Assembly (NCBI RefSeq): GCF_001194135.2
Contig: NC_068997.1
Coordinates: 52,243,916-52,305,547 of the forward strand
From: Octopus bimaculoides
Lineage: Eukaryota
Direction: 5' to 3'
Length of the DNA: 61,632 bases
Below the pieces are notes generated by a model. The model was not told the DNA's origin and did not search any database. It saw only the letters and a list, made by a program, of their open reading frames with translations. Below are positions 28,009-41,898 of this stretch, one piece after another. Every line of letters starts with the position of its first letter. Positions within the stretch are counted from its first letter, which is position 1. The translations under genes and the position numbers were made by a program.

Positions 28009-31000
28009 AGAGACAGTTGGTATGTGAAAGCACATGGTTGGATGTATAAAAAATCAAAATAGAATGAAAAAACTACAGAAGATTTGTATTATTTGGTAAA
28101 AAAATATATTAAAATCGTTATATCATTTTCCTAACTTGACGATTTTAATATATTCTTTAACCATATAATACAATCTTCTGTAGTTTTTTCCATTCTACTT
28201 TGTTTTATATATATATTATTATGCATAACAATATATATCTGTTTGTGTATCCATAAAATATATATAGATACCACACACATGTACGCGTGTACATATATAT
28301 AATCAATTATGATGTATACTTACAGGGGTCAAGTTCCTGCTGTGGCAGAATACAGATTCTTGGAGAAAGCCAAATGGTTAGAAATGTATGGCGTTGATCT
28401 TCATCCTGTAAAGGTAAGGTGGAGAGGTTTATGATTTTATATATGTCTATATAATTTTTGTAATTGGTTTGCAAAATTACTAATATGAATCCATGTGTTG
28501 AAACAGATTTTGTCGGATCTTGCAAAAGTCATTGGGCCAATAATATGTGGTTTGGACTCTTTGACTGGTCTTTCTAGTATGCTAGGCAACCTCTTAAAGG
28601 CTTGCCTCTTTGTGTATAAATGTACACTAATTTATATATATTAGTAATGGTATGACAACAAAAGGATGAAAGAGACCTCGATATTATGTAAATAGAGGAA
28701 TTTATCTGTAATATAATATGTGACAATTATTTGGTTGCCATAGTGAAACTCATATAAACTGTCATTCTGTTGGCAGGGTGAAAGCAATATGGAGTACATG
28801 CTTGGAATTACACCAGCCGGAATTATTTTGCACAAGAACAAAAATAAGGTTGGGAACTATTTCTGGTGAGTATCATATTATCTATATGCCTGAGAATAGT
28901 GTATAGGCTATAGTTGTGAAGTTACAGTGGTGTATTGGTTGCAGTAGTTGAGTGGTGTTAGTACATAGATTGTTGTGTTTGTTGTAATGGGATGAATGTG
29001 CAGGCTGCAATAAAATAACTTCTTGGATTCACCATTGTTAATGAAAGTTTCGACAAGAAATGCATCATATACATCAACCTGAACTATAATGGTCACTGAA
29101 GAATAAATGGTAAAGCATTAGCTACAGGAAGACACCATTAACATCATCTTATCTTTACTAGCGCTACACTAATGGCTGTTTAAAATATGGGAGGTTTTTC
29201 TGCCTCATCGTGTCGCATGTAGATTGGAATAGAGAAATAATTGTAGTGTATAGGTCATAGTTGTAGTGTATAGGCTGTGAACTGAAGTCAGTGTATAAGT
29301 TGTAGTAGTGCATAGATGAAAGAAGAGGTGGGAGGGGCTAGGAATGGTCATTGACAGGATCAGAGAAAGTGGAAGGGAAATTTGGACTTCTGGGGTAAGC
29401 ATGGTGGTGAGGGTATTAATGCTGCTGATGATGATGAGGAGGAGGTGGTGGTGGTGATGAAGAGGAGGGTAGTGACAGCGATGATGATGGTGATGAAAAT
29501 GAGGAAGAGGAAACAAAGACGGGTGGTAATAGTGAAGACAAATTTGGTGACTGTCATGGTGATGATGATGATGATGATTAAGGTAACAATAATCCTTGTT
29601 TCTCCTTTTCTGNNNNNNNNNNNNNNNNNNNNNNNNNNNNNNNNNNNNNNNNNNNNNNNNNNNNNNNNNNNNNNNNNNNNNNNNNNNNNNNNNNNNNNNN
29701 NNNNNNNNNNNNNNNNNNNNNNNNNNNNNNNNNNNNNNNNNNNNNNNNNNNNNNNNNNNNNNNNNNNNNNNNNNNNNNNNNNNNNNNNNNNNNNNNNNNN
29801 NNNNNNNNNNNNNNNNNNNNNNNNNNNNNNNNNNNNNNNNNNNNNNNNNNNNNNNNNNNNNNNNNNNNNNNNNNNNNNNNNNNNNNNNNNNNNNNNNNNN
29901 NNNNNNNNNNNNNNNNNNNNNNNNNNNNNNNNNNNNNNATAATAATAATAATAATAATAATAATCATAATCATAATGGTTTCAAATTTGCACACAAGGCC
30001 AGCAATTATGAGGAGGTGTAAGTTGATTATATTGACCCCAGTGTTTCACTGGTACTTAATTTTATCAACCCTGAAAGGATGAAACGCAAAGTCAACCTTG
30101 GCAGAATTTGAACCCAAAACATTAAGTCAGCCTTGGGCCTACCAAAGTCTTGTGAATGGATTTGGTAGATGGAAACTGAAAGAAGCCCATCATGTGTGTG
30201 TATATATATATATATCGTATGATATATATATGTATGTGTGTGTGTGTCTGTATTTGTCTCGTCCCCCCAACATACTGGTGTCGGTGTGTTTACATCCCTG
30301 TAATTTAACCGTTTGTCAAGAGACCAATAGAATAAGTACTAGGCTTGAGAAATAAGTCCTGGGGTCGATTTGTTCAACTAAAACCTTTCAAGGGAGTGCT
30401 CCAGCATGGCCGTAGTCAAGTGACTGAAACAAGTAAACGAATAAAAGAATATGTTATATGATGAAAGATCTGACCTTTTTTTTGCCGTGGTTGTTTTTTT
30501 ATATCTTTTTTTTTTTTTTTGTATTTCAGTGTGATGAACATTGGTATGCATTTGAATCTAACAACAAAGTGGCCTGTAAACATTTATGGAGATGCTGTGT
30601 GGAACACCACGCATTCTTTAGGTAAGCCATGATCTCCTGTAGACATTCTTCTGTGAACCCTAACAACATAATGACTTCCAAAGCCCTCAGCATGGAAAGG
30701 TAACAAATGTCTGCACCAGAGCCCCACACCCAGAAGATATAAACACCAACACACACACACACATATGTCCGCATGTCTCGCACATAAAATGCAAACTGAT
30801 TAAGGTTCTCTGGAATTGGTAACCTATGAATCTAATACCAATATTCTATCACCACTAGCATCAACTGGTCGAGAACCATGGCTCACTTGCTTTAGACACA
30901 TCATCACCACTTTCTACTTGAAATCTTTAATATTCCACAGACTCCAAATCATTTTCTGGGAATGTTTGATTGAATTTCCGTTGGTCTTTATCAAAATCTT

Positions 31001-33402
31001 CTCAGATTTCCAATAGTTCATCAGTTGTAACCAGTTGTCTTTGTGCTGTAAATAAACTCTGCCAGAAGTGTTTAGGTGTGGTGAAATTCATGGCTGGAAA
31101 AAATGGAGAAAATATAATCAAATCAACAAAGAAACCAGTGTAACATGAGAACAGACCCATTCCATGAATTTCCTGCAGATTGTAATTATTTCCATCTTTA
31201 AGAAAATGTCTCACTCCATAAGTTATGTCATACTGATGATTTTTAAAAAGAATGAAATAGTGCTATACATGATTACCAATGAATAGAAATTTTAACAATT
31301 TCACATTAAGTAAACAAAGACAAAAATAAATATATAAACTTTATGCCCCTTTTCTTTTGTAATTCCTTAATTTCAATTTCAAATTTCTAATCCTGCTTTG
31401 AATTATGGAAAAATTATTATCTTCCTTGTGATAGCTGTGGTTGCTGGAAGGACCACATAGGATTTAATTTTAGTTTGATCATATTTTTAACATGGTGTTT
31501 GCCATATTTTGGAAATTTTGCTCTGTGAATTTCCCGGTAAATAAGGCCCAATAAGGTTAATATTTATTTCTGTACCCAAACATGAAGTTTGTCTAATATT
31601 TAGAAAAGGCAAAAATGCTAAAATCATACAAGACTTGAAGTAGTTATAATTAATTTTCCTGGCTTCTTCATCTTCTGTTGTAACTTTTAAATTGACACCA
31701 TGTTTTTCCAAATTCTCACTTAGCTCCTTATCAAAATGGCTAAATGGATTGGTGGGTGGTGAAGGAGTTGTGAAATCTATCACAATTAGGGTTGTGAAAT
31801 GTTGTTGATGAAATGATTAATTAATTCAATGTCGTGTCTTTCCAAATTGTGCAGTGGAAGAACGGAACGTATGATGAAAGAAAACCAAAGATTCCGGGAC
31901 CAACCAGAAGTGATCAGAGTTGCCAGTAAGAAGCATCAAAGACGGTCCCATTCCGACCCCAAAATTAGTGGTAAGTTCTTTTGAGTGCAGTAGAATACTT
32001 CTATTTTGTATTGTTAACCTGAAAATAGCAATGGTCATATTGATAAATAGACAGACACAGATAGATAGAGAGAGAGAGATCACTGGTCTCAATATATTCG
32101 GTTTCAAATTTTGGTGCAAGTTCAGGGGAGGGGCTAAGTCAATTAATCTCCATTATTAAAATTCTTCTAAAATTTCTGCATTTCTTATTCGCTTTTTCTT
32201 TTTTCTTTTCTTTCCAGTTAGTTGCTATGGTGATCAAGTTGCAAAACTGCCTCTATCTACCACGATCAGTCCTGAAGCTATTAGAATGTACGTATTTTAT
32301 GTTGCTGTTGCTGTTGTTCTTGTTGTTAACCAGTTGTTGTTGTTAGCCAGGCCTGTTTGAGCCTTAATTGTAACCATTATCATTTTATGTTGGCTTTCCA
32401 TGCTGGCATGGATCAGACAGATTGCCACAGTCCGATTCGGAGCTTATTCCTCCTTGAGATATCAGAAACCATGTTTTGCTCATGTATTCCATTTTGGGGT
32501 CTGGTTTGTATGGCTTTTCTTGATGCCAGCCACATTACAGAGTATAGGGAGGGCAGTTAATCAAGGCACCAACACTAGAGGGGCTTTCTTGTCCTCAGCA
32601 AGGCTAATGAATCCTCTTGATTCAACGTTGGTATGGCTATATTAATGAGATGAGACAAGTGTTTGAGTTGGTGTTGACCTTCTCAGAAAATGAATCACTT
32701 GTGATTAATGATCAATGATAATTTTGAGATGATAGCATCCTGATAAAATGGAAATATCTGATTGGCTAAACAGACAATACTAATATATTAAAATTTTGTT
32801 TAAAAGTATTTGAGCTTGTGTATATATATANNNNNNNNNNNNNNNNNNNNNNNNNNNNNNNNNNNNNNNNNNNNNNNNNNNNNNNNNNNNNNNNNNNNNN
32901 NNNNNNNNNNNNNNNNNNNNNNNNNNNNNNNNNNNNNNNNNNNNNNNNNNNNNNATTCAGAGTAAATAAAGCTATAGACAATAGCAACTGGGGCCTTCAA
33001 TATTTTCTCTCCAAAAGGGTTTCTTTAACTCCATATTTACATGCTATTATTTATAACTTTATCTACTTTAAGTTGTACTGTCAAAAACAAATTATTTCAT
33101 GTTCTCTCAAAGTTTCTAAATTATTATAACATAAACAACACATACATACATATGTGTTTATATATATATATATATACTAGCAAAAATGCTAGTTTTAAAA
33201 TCTCTCTAAGAGATCAACGCAGTAGTTGTACTGACAAGTAATATTCGTAGCCACTTTAACATGGTTGTCCATTCGAGCGGACTCTACTGCGGTCTTTTAA
33301 CCCCAAAAGGACATCTCCTCTAGCTGTTTAACAATGCACTGCTGCATCCAATAAATTGCGAGCAGGGAAGTGAATCCCTACCACCTTCTAGCAATGGGAC
33401 CA

Positions 33403-33445
<43 letters not shown>

Positions 33446-36400
33446 TACACATACACATACACACAGACACATAACAAACTATGTTTGCTGTCTCTCTTAT
33501 CCCTAATAAACCATATCCACTATTCACCATTTACCCAACAGACTCTATTCACTATTTCCCATCATCTTTATTCTTTCTACACACCACTGTAACAACCACT
33601 TACCTTGTACTTACCAGGCCACGTCTAAGGAGTTTACCAGAACTTCCTGGTAAAGACTCACCACGAAGTACCAGATCGTATCCTTGGGAATCAAGTTCTG
33701 CTGGGTAAGTCTCCCCTCACATTGGTCTTAATTCCTTTAAACGAATTCTTTTTACCATTGATATCTCTTACCTTTGTCACAAGGGAACGGTCATAGTTTT
33801 ATATTAGGGTTACTGGAAAATAATGTTACATTTCATATAATGAATTCAAATTAGCATAAAATATATCACAAATGTATTTATTCATTCAAATTATAATCAC
33901 CATTGTTAGCAATAATATTTTCTCACCTAGAAACTAGTATCAATGATTTTCATTGATACTTGATCGTTATCTCTTTTCTGATTGGTTGATTGCAAGAACA
34001 CCTTGGGAGGGTGGCGTAGAGCTTCCAAGCCTAATGAACTTACCTTTTCTTGGGTTATTTTCACTGAATGGGGTCTTACATAATCATGAAGTACCAGTCA
34101 TAGCCAAAAGTTTGGAACGTAGGTCTGAAAATTAGAATTTTTATATTAAATGCCCAAATGTGGTGTGTCTGATGAAAGGCAAAGTCAACCTCGGTGGAAT
34201 TTGAACTCAGAACGTAAAGACAGACAAAATGCTGTTAAGCATTTCGCCTGGCCTGCTAACGTTTCTGTCAGCTTGCCGCCTTGTTCTGAGTTAAAATACT
34301 GCCAAGGCCCACTTTACCTTTCATCCTTTTGGGATCAATAAAATAAGTACCAGTTGCGTACTGGGGTAGATGTAATCGACGACCGCCCCTCCCCCAAATT
34401 TCAGGCTTTGTGCCTATAATAAAAAGGATCATCATCATCATCATTATTATTGTTATTATTTCCTAGTGCAGGGGTCTTATCGTTATTATTATTATTATTA
34501 TTATTATTTTCTCCTGCAGGGGTCTTTACACATCTGGAAAGGATTCGCCTATGTCTACAAAGAGTGACAAACTAAAGTTTCAGGTACAGCGCCGTGCTAT
34601 GTCAGGCAGTGACAGCGAACACAACTATAAGAAAAGGTAAATATTCAGTGCTTGTTTTATGGTTTCTTCTCTGGAATCTTCTGAATTCTTCAACATTATT
34701 TGTCAAGTATTTTTCCCCAACCTTTTATCATTTACTTGCTTCACTCATTTGTCTGTGGCCATACTGGAGCACAGTCTTGAACGGTTTAGCCAAACAAATC
34801 AATCTTGTACTTATGTTGTTTTTTTTTAAAAATTGGGACTTATTCTATTGGTCTCTTTTGCCAAACCACTAAGTTATGGGATGTAAACAAACCAGCACTG
34901 GCTGTCAAGTAGTGGAGAGAGCAATCACAAATGATAATCACCAGGCGGCTGAGTAGACATCAGCGTCTTGCAGTTACTTATTTACTTTTCCTACATCCCC
35001 CACTATATTAACCCCCTGTATTATCATTCCTCTTCCCTTCAGGTACACATCTAATAAAAAAGGGTCCGACAATGACAGCGAAAAGTCCAGTACAACAAGA
35101 CGGCACAGGTAGAGTATTCCAATGTTTAGTTCTTCATCCCTGGAACAGTTGTGGTGTGTCTGGGTGTTTCTGGGCATTTATTGTGGGGCAGAAAATTTCT
35201 TTTGAGCAGAGCATCACCTTCTTTGGTATTCAGATGTAGTTGGTTCTTAACACTCTCTCTCGCAGAGAAAATCTATATACAAGTGTCTGTGCTTTTTACG
35301 TGCCACCGGCATGGGAGCCAGTCAGGCGGCACTGGCACCGACCATGTTCGGATGGTGCTTTTTACATTCCACCAGCTCGGGGAGCCAGCCAGGCAGCCTT
35401 GGCATTGACCCACATTTGAAGGGTGCTTATTACGTACCACCAGCATTGGTACCAGTCAGGCGGCACCGGCACCGTCCACAATTTATGTCTGTATATAAAT
35501 GGAAGAATAGGATTAACACAGCAAGCAGATTAGACGATTTCTTCCTTTTGCATGTTTTGCCATATTTGCATCTTCTGTAATGAATGGGTATTAATGATGC
35601 ATTGGAGATGCAGGTCCAGAGATGCAGATGCAGTTCTTCAGGGGGAGCACTTTATGACACAAACACACACACACACACACACATATACATTACAGACACT
35701 CAGAGGTATTCTAAATATAAGTAANNNNNNNNNNTCTCTCTATCTATCTATCTCTCTCTATATCTCTCTCTCTCTCTCTCTTTCTCTCTCTTTCTCTTTC
35801 TCTCTCTTTCTCTCTCTCTATCTTTCTCTCTCTCTCCTCCAGGAAAGAAATGACCAGCAACAGTGATTCTGATGTATCTTGTCGCAGACCTCCCTTATAC
35901 CCATCCCGAGGTGGACTTAGTTCAGGTGACAATTCACGGCCATCAACAGTCAGAGAGGAGTAAGTTGACTTCTCTTTATTACAACTCTTGCATCCTTTAT
36001 CCTCTCCTCCTCCTCCTCCTTATTATTTCTTCTTCTTCTCTTGTTTTTCCTCCTTCTCTTTCTCATCTCCCTCTCTTCTTCTCCTTCATCACCTCCCCTT
36101 CTTCCTACACATGAGGGGATGCTGAAAAGATCCTGGCTTTGGTTAAAAGAAAAACAGGATTGATCAGTTCATAATGATTTTATTCAACATATTCCCCTCA
36201 CAGATTCACACATTTATTGTTGCAGCCCTTCAGTTTTTCTAAGCCCTATAAAAGAACTTGGATGGTTGGGCCTTCAACCAGGCCTTTCACAATACCCTCA
36301 AAGCCAGGCACTTTTCAGCCCCTCCCCCTCATATTTTAATGTCTGTATATTTGATAATGGCAGCTGTTTATATTTCTCTTTTAGTACTGTCTCTCCAAGT

Positions 36401-39400
36401 CATTCTTCTACAACTGTTGGCGGTGGTGGAGTTGGTGCTACAGCTGATGGGATCCAGAAACGGAGAAGACGGTGAGTTTGGGGACTGCTGTGGTTGTTGT
36501 CGACAGAATCAGATATGTCTGTGATTTGGTTTTGTATTGGAGACGTTTTAGATCATCAGCTCTGTTGTGTGTGTATGTGAATGTATATCTGAGTCTTTGT
36601 GTGACATTAGTGTCTATCATCATCATCATCATCGTTTAACGTCCTTCTCTTATGCTGGCATGGGTGGGATGGCTTGACAGGATCCGGCCAGGCAGGAGCC
36701 TGTACCAAATCTCTGTGTCTCTTTTTACATGGCACAAGCACAGGCAAGGTCAGCTTTGGCAAGGTTTTTCCAGCTGGATGCCCTTCCAAATGCCAACCAC
36801 TTTACAGAGTGTACTGGGTGCTTTTTACATGGCACCAGCACTGACAGGGTAACCAAGTATGTGTGTGTATTTGTATCATGTGATGTTGGTGTATTGTGTG
36901 TATGTATATATATATGTCTAAATGCCATTTTATGGTGTGTGTGTCTTGTGTATGTGTGTGCATGTACTTATGTTGTATGTGTGCGTTGTGTGACATTGTA
37001 AAAGGCTTAGCAGTATTTTGTCTGTTTTTACGTTCCGAGTTCAAGTCCCACAAAGAGCAATTTTGCCTTTCATCCATTTGAGGTGAGTAAAAGAAGTACC
37101 AGTTGATTGCTGTGGGGTCAATATAATTGACTTACCCCTCCCCTGATCTTGCTGGCCTTGTGCCTAAATCTGAAATCCGTATTTTTTGGATAGTTGTTTC
37201 GTATTTTTATTGCTTGATCTTGTATTTTTCAGAAGACGAAGTAAATCCCCAAACAGACGTCCTCCTGAAGAACTGAAAAACCATTTTGTGTACGTNNNNN
37301 NNNNNNNNNNNNNNNNNNNNNNNNNNNNNNNNNNNNNNNNNNNNNNNNNNNNNNNNNNNNNNNNNNNNNNNNNNNNNNNNNNNNNNNNNNNNNNNNNNNN
37401 NNNNNNNNNNNNNNNNNNNNNNNNNNNNNNNNNNNNNNNNNNNNNNNNNNNNNNNNNNNNNNNNNNNNNNNNNNNNNNNNNNNNNNNNNNNNNNNNNNNN
37501 NNNNNNNNNNNNNNNNNNNNNNNNNNNNNNNNNNNNNNNNNNNNNNNNNNNNNNNNNNNNNNNNNNNNNNNNNNNNNNNNNNNNNNNNNNNNNNNNNNNN
37601 NNNNNNNNNNNNNNNNNNNNNNNNNNNNNNNNNNNNNNNNNNNNNNNNNNNNNNNNNNNNNNNNNNNNNNNNNNNNNNNNNNNNNNNNNNNNNNNNNNNN
37701 NNNNNNNNNNNNNNNNNNNNNNNNNNNNNNNNNNNNNNNNNNNNNNNNNNNNNNNNNNNNNNNNNNNNNNNNNNNNNNNNNNNNNNNNNNNNNNNNNNNN
37801 NNNNNNNNNNNNNNNNNNNNNNNNNNNNNNNNNNNNNNNNNNNNNNNNNNNNNNNNNNNNNNNNNNNNNNNNNNNNNNNNNNNNNNNNNNNNNNNNNNNN
37901 NNNNNNNNNNNNNNNNNNNNNNNNNNNNNNNNNNNNNNNNNNNNNNNNNNNNNNNNNNNNNNNNNNNNNNNNNNNNNNNNNNNNNNNNNNNNNNNNNNNN
38001 NNNNNNNNNNNNNNNNNNNNNNNNNNNNNNNNNNNNNNNNNNNNNNNNNNNNNNNNNNNNNNNNNNNNNNNNNNNNNNNNNNNNNNNNNNNNNNNNNNNN
38101 NNNNNNNNNNNNNNNNGTGAGTGAGGTGGCATATATATATATATGAGGAGACCCCCTTTGGTCATGACTGACCATGGGATTACTCCTAGAAAGTTATCCT
38201 CCCAGGCACAAATCTGGGCAAGGTTGTTTATGGAAGACCAGCAGTCGCCCATGCATACCAGCCTCCCCTCTCAACACCACCAGTGTTATCCAAGGGAAAG
38301 GCAAAGGGGCCGATACAGCTTGGCACCAGTGATGCTGCAACTCATTTCTACAACTGAGTGACCTGGAGCAACGTGAAATAAAGTGCCTTGCTCAAGAACA
38401 CAACACACAGCCCGGTCCGAGAATCGAACTCACAACCTCACGATTGTAAGCTCAATGCTCTAACCATTGAGCCATGCGCCTTCACATATATGTGTGTGTG
38501 TGTGTATGTATTGATAATGTTTATTGAATATCATTGCAGCTACAACTTGATTGAGACTGAAGATTGGCCTGAAGATCAACTGAAGGAAATTCCTTACACA
38601 AAAGTCGAGTAAGTAGAATGTCTTGGTGGTTTTGGTGCTGAGAGTTAATGCCAACCATTGTGGGTGTAGGATATCCTGAGGATTGATATAGCAGTTACTT
38701 GAGCTGTTATGGGTAATGCTACCCACATATTGGTATAGGGTTTACTTTGGACTGTTACAGGTACTGCTACCCTGGTTATTAGTATAAAGTAACTTTGGAC
38801 TGTAATGGGTACTACTGTAGTGGATAGCTACCTTGGGTATTGATATAGAGATCCACCTGGGTACTTCTAAAGCAGGTGCCTTGAATTGTTTTAGGTGATT
38901 TTGTGACATATCTGTTCTGAGTGTTGTTTAGAAGGGTTTTGTGCTATGTATTGTTATGGGGGTACCTGTTTGGGGTCCTAGAATAGGGGGTTAACTTGGT
39001 CTGTTCTAGGTGCTGATACAAAGGATATACGTATTGGTACAGGGGTACCTGTTTCGGATCTAGTGCTGGGTTGCAGTGTAGTGAGTACTATCCATGTACC
39101 CCTATATCCACCCACTTAGGTACCACCCCCACCCTCACATCCCTCAGTTCTTAATCCTTAATAACTAATTGTTATTCCTCTCAACTGTTTTCCCCAGGAC
39201 AAAGAGCCAACCTTTCCGAATCAAACATTCTCCAAAATCAAAACATTATGCCAAATCCAGGAGTCGCAGCTGTGGGTAAGTAACACCATCTTCTCTGCCT
39301 TTATATTATTTCACAGTCACACATCATATGCAGGATGATTTCTGTGGTTGCTTTACCTGCTAAACATAGCAGCCAAATCACACTAGGTTACACAACACTA

Positions 39401-41862
39401 AATGTTGGCCACAGTCCAATGACTGAAACAAGTAAACAATAAAAGATTGACATACAAAGCTGGATGGATTGGATGGCCACAGATGGAACATCCTTGATCT
39501 TCTAGATCAAAACTGATCTATGACTAAATAACAACACTATGAAGTCTTAGTTTCTGTAAACCTAATAGTAGACGTACAAGCATGTCAAACTCACCCATTT
39601 CCCTGTAGACTAAAAAAAAAAAAAATGATGAACAGCCTTAATCGATTTTCGAACCTTATTGGACTCTCATCAGAGGTATCTACATATGTTTGACTAATCC
39701 CAGAGAAACAATCAGCTTATATAGACATCAACTCCAGTAGTTCCAGAGAAATGGAGGAGCTACTGATTTGCATACCACAAGTGTTTAGCAGTTAATTTGA
39801 TACCAGTTTCAGATTTTGGCTCAAAGCCCAGAATTATGAGAGGAAGAGTGGGCTAAGTCGATTACATTGAACCCAGTGCTCAACTGGTACTTACTTTAAC
39901 GACCTTGAAAGGATGAAAGGCAAAGTCAACTACGTTAGAATTTGGACTCGGAACATAAATATGGCAAAATGCCACAGAGCATTTTGCCCAAAGTGTGAAA
40001 ATTCTACCATCTCACTGCCTTCATCATCATCATCATCATCGTTTAATGTCCGCTTTCCATGCTAGCATTTAATATCAGCTGCCGGTCAGCAGGGATATCG
40101 GCCCACACAGTGGTATGATATGCATAAACCTACATTGACCTGACTGTTAAATTATCACTTGTAGAGACAAAATTAGTTATTAGAAGTCCTAGACAGACCA
40201 GACTGGACAGACTAGATTGCCACATTTGGAATGTCTTTTGATCATTGGTCTGCATTGATCAGATGTGACTTGTGGCTAAGCAACAATATAATGCAATGAA
40301 GCATTTCTTTCGGTAACAAACATTAATGTCGATCTGACTGTTTAGTTTTTTTTTTACTTGCAGAGACAAAATCGGTTCTCGGAATCCCCAGTCGTCCATT
40401 CACGGAGTCGAGGAAGAGGAAGAAGAAGTAGAAGGAATGGGTGAAACAAACGATGGCAATTTGTCCCCCTATAGTAGACATTCTAAGGAGACATCTCCCC
40501 CGCCTCCAGCATACAGTTCCTTAAATGAACCAGTGAGTATCAGAAAAGACCAGGTGAAAGCTACTTCTAATTACAGGTGAGTACTAATTAATGAGTTATC
40601 TCTGATTACTTTAGTGACATCTTATCCACTGAGTGCTCAGCTGCCATTAGAGAAGAGTTAAATAGTTAGGTCATTGTTGGTGAATACTTATTATTGAGTT
40701 ACCTGTAATATTAGCTAACTCAGAATCTGTGCACACCTTCATATTCTTCAAGAAAAAGGTCTGCAATGGCTTTGAAATTTCAGCTTCCTCGCTATGATGA
40801 ATTGACTATTTTTCGCTTCTTGTTACAGATACCAAACTACTGAAACAGTGGAACCTTCCCCTACCATAACACAAGACCCACCAATGAGTCATAAGGTAAG
40901 TCGTAACTATTCAACACCTTCCTAATAACGCAACCTCTTACCTCACCCACAATCTCTATCAGACAGCTCACACCTCTCACTTGCAATGTCGTCTTCAGAC
41001 TCCAGCAGTCTTTTAATCTTTTACTTGTTTCAGTTGTTGGACTGTGGCCATACTGGGGCACTGCTTTGAAAGGTTTTAGTAGAAAAAAAAAATCAACCCC
41101 AGTACTTATTTTTAAAATCTGGTGCATATTCCATCAGTCTCTTTTGCTGAACCTCTAAGTTACAGGGGTGTAAGAGACAGGAAGAAATTGTTTTAAATTA
41201 ATCACACATTATCCTGTGGTTTTAAGATTTCAATGATATGTTGGTATATCTTTAGAATGACATTGTAGGGTAGGTGTGAAAAGTTGGATATGGCCAGTTC
41301 TAACATAAACCAGTAGAATATTTGGGCTGAATATGGCCAAATTAAATGGCACATTAGTCACATCAGAGTTATACAACCCTGGACCACATGTCAAAGTACT
41401 GTCTCTTCTCCTGATTAATGTATTCAAACTCCTACTAATGATGTGGTGGTTGTAGTTAGAAACAGGCTGTTTCTGGATGATTTGTAACATCAGATTTTTC
41501 AGTACAATCAGACTTGTTAATGAGATTTAACAGGAAGTTTTAATTAATATCATACAGACTTATGAGTGTATCAAATAACAATACTGAATAAAGTATCAAA
41601 TAAATTCAAAGAAATCTTGTTTTCTGACACTGCATTCTTATATAATACCTGTAATGCATTGCTTCCTTCTTCAGACTTCCTCTTCCTCCAGACATACCAG
41701 ATCTGCCGTTCCCGTTGGGTAAGTAAAAAATTCTTTTAATAGAACTGTTGTTACTGTTGTAGTGCTGCCTAGTTGTGGATTGGTTCACATCTCAGATTAT
41801 TTGGAATTATAGTTCTTTGTTATGTGGCGTATATCTCTGTATATCACTGCAGAGGTTGTTGT

Positions 41863-41898
<36 letters not shown>

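Noticed and set aside
40533-40538. Consensus GTGAGT donor inside exon 40364-40576
   Set aside because: Phase 0, incompatible with the phase-2 next exon; it would frameshift. Left unreported without RNA data
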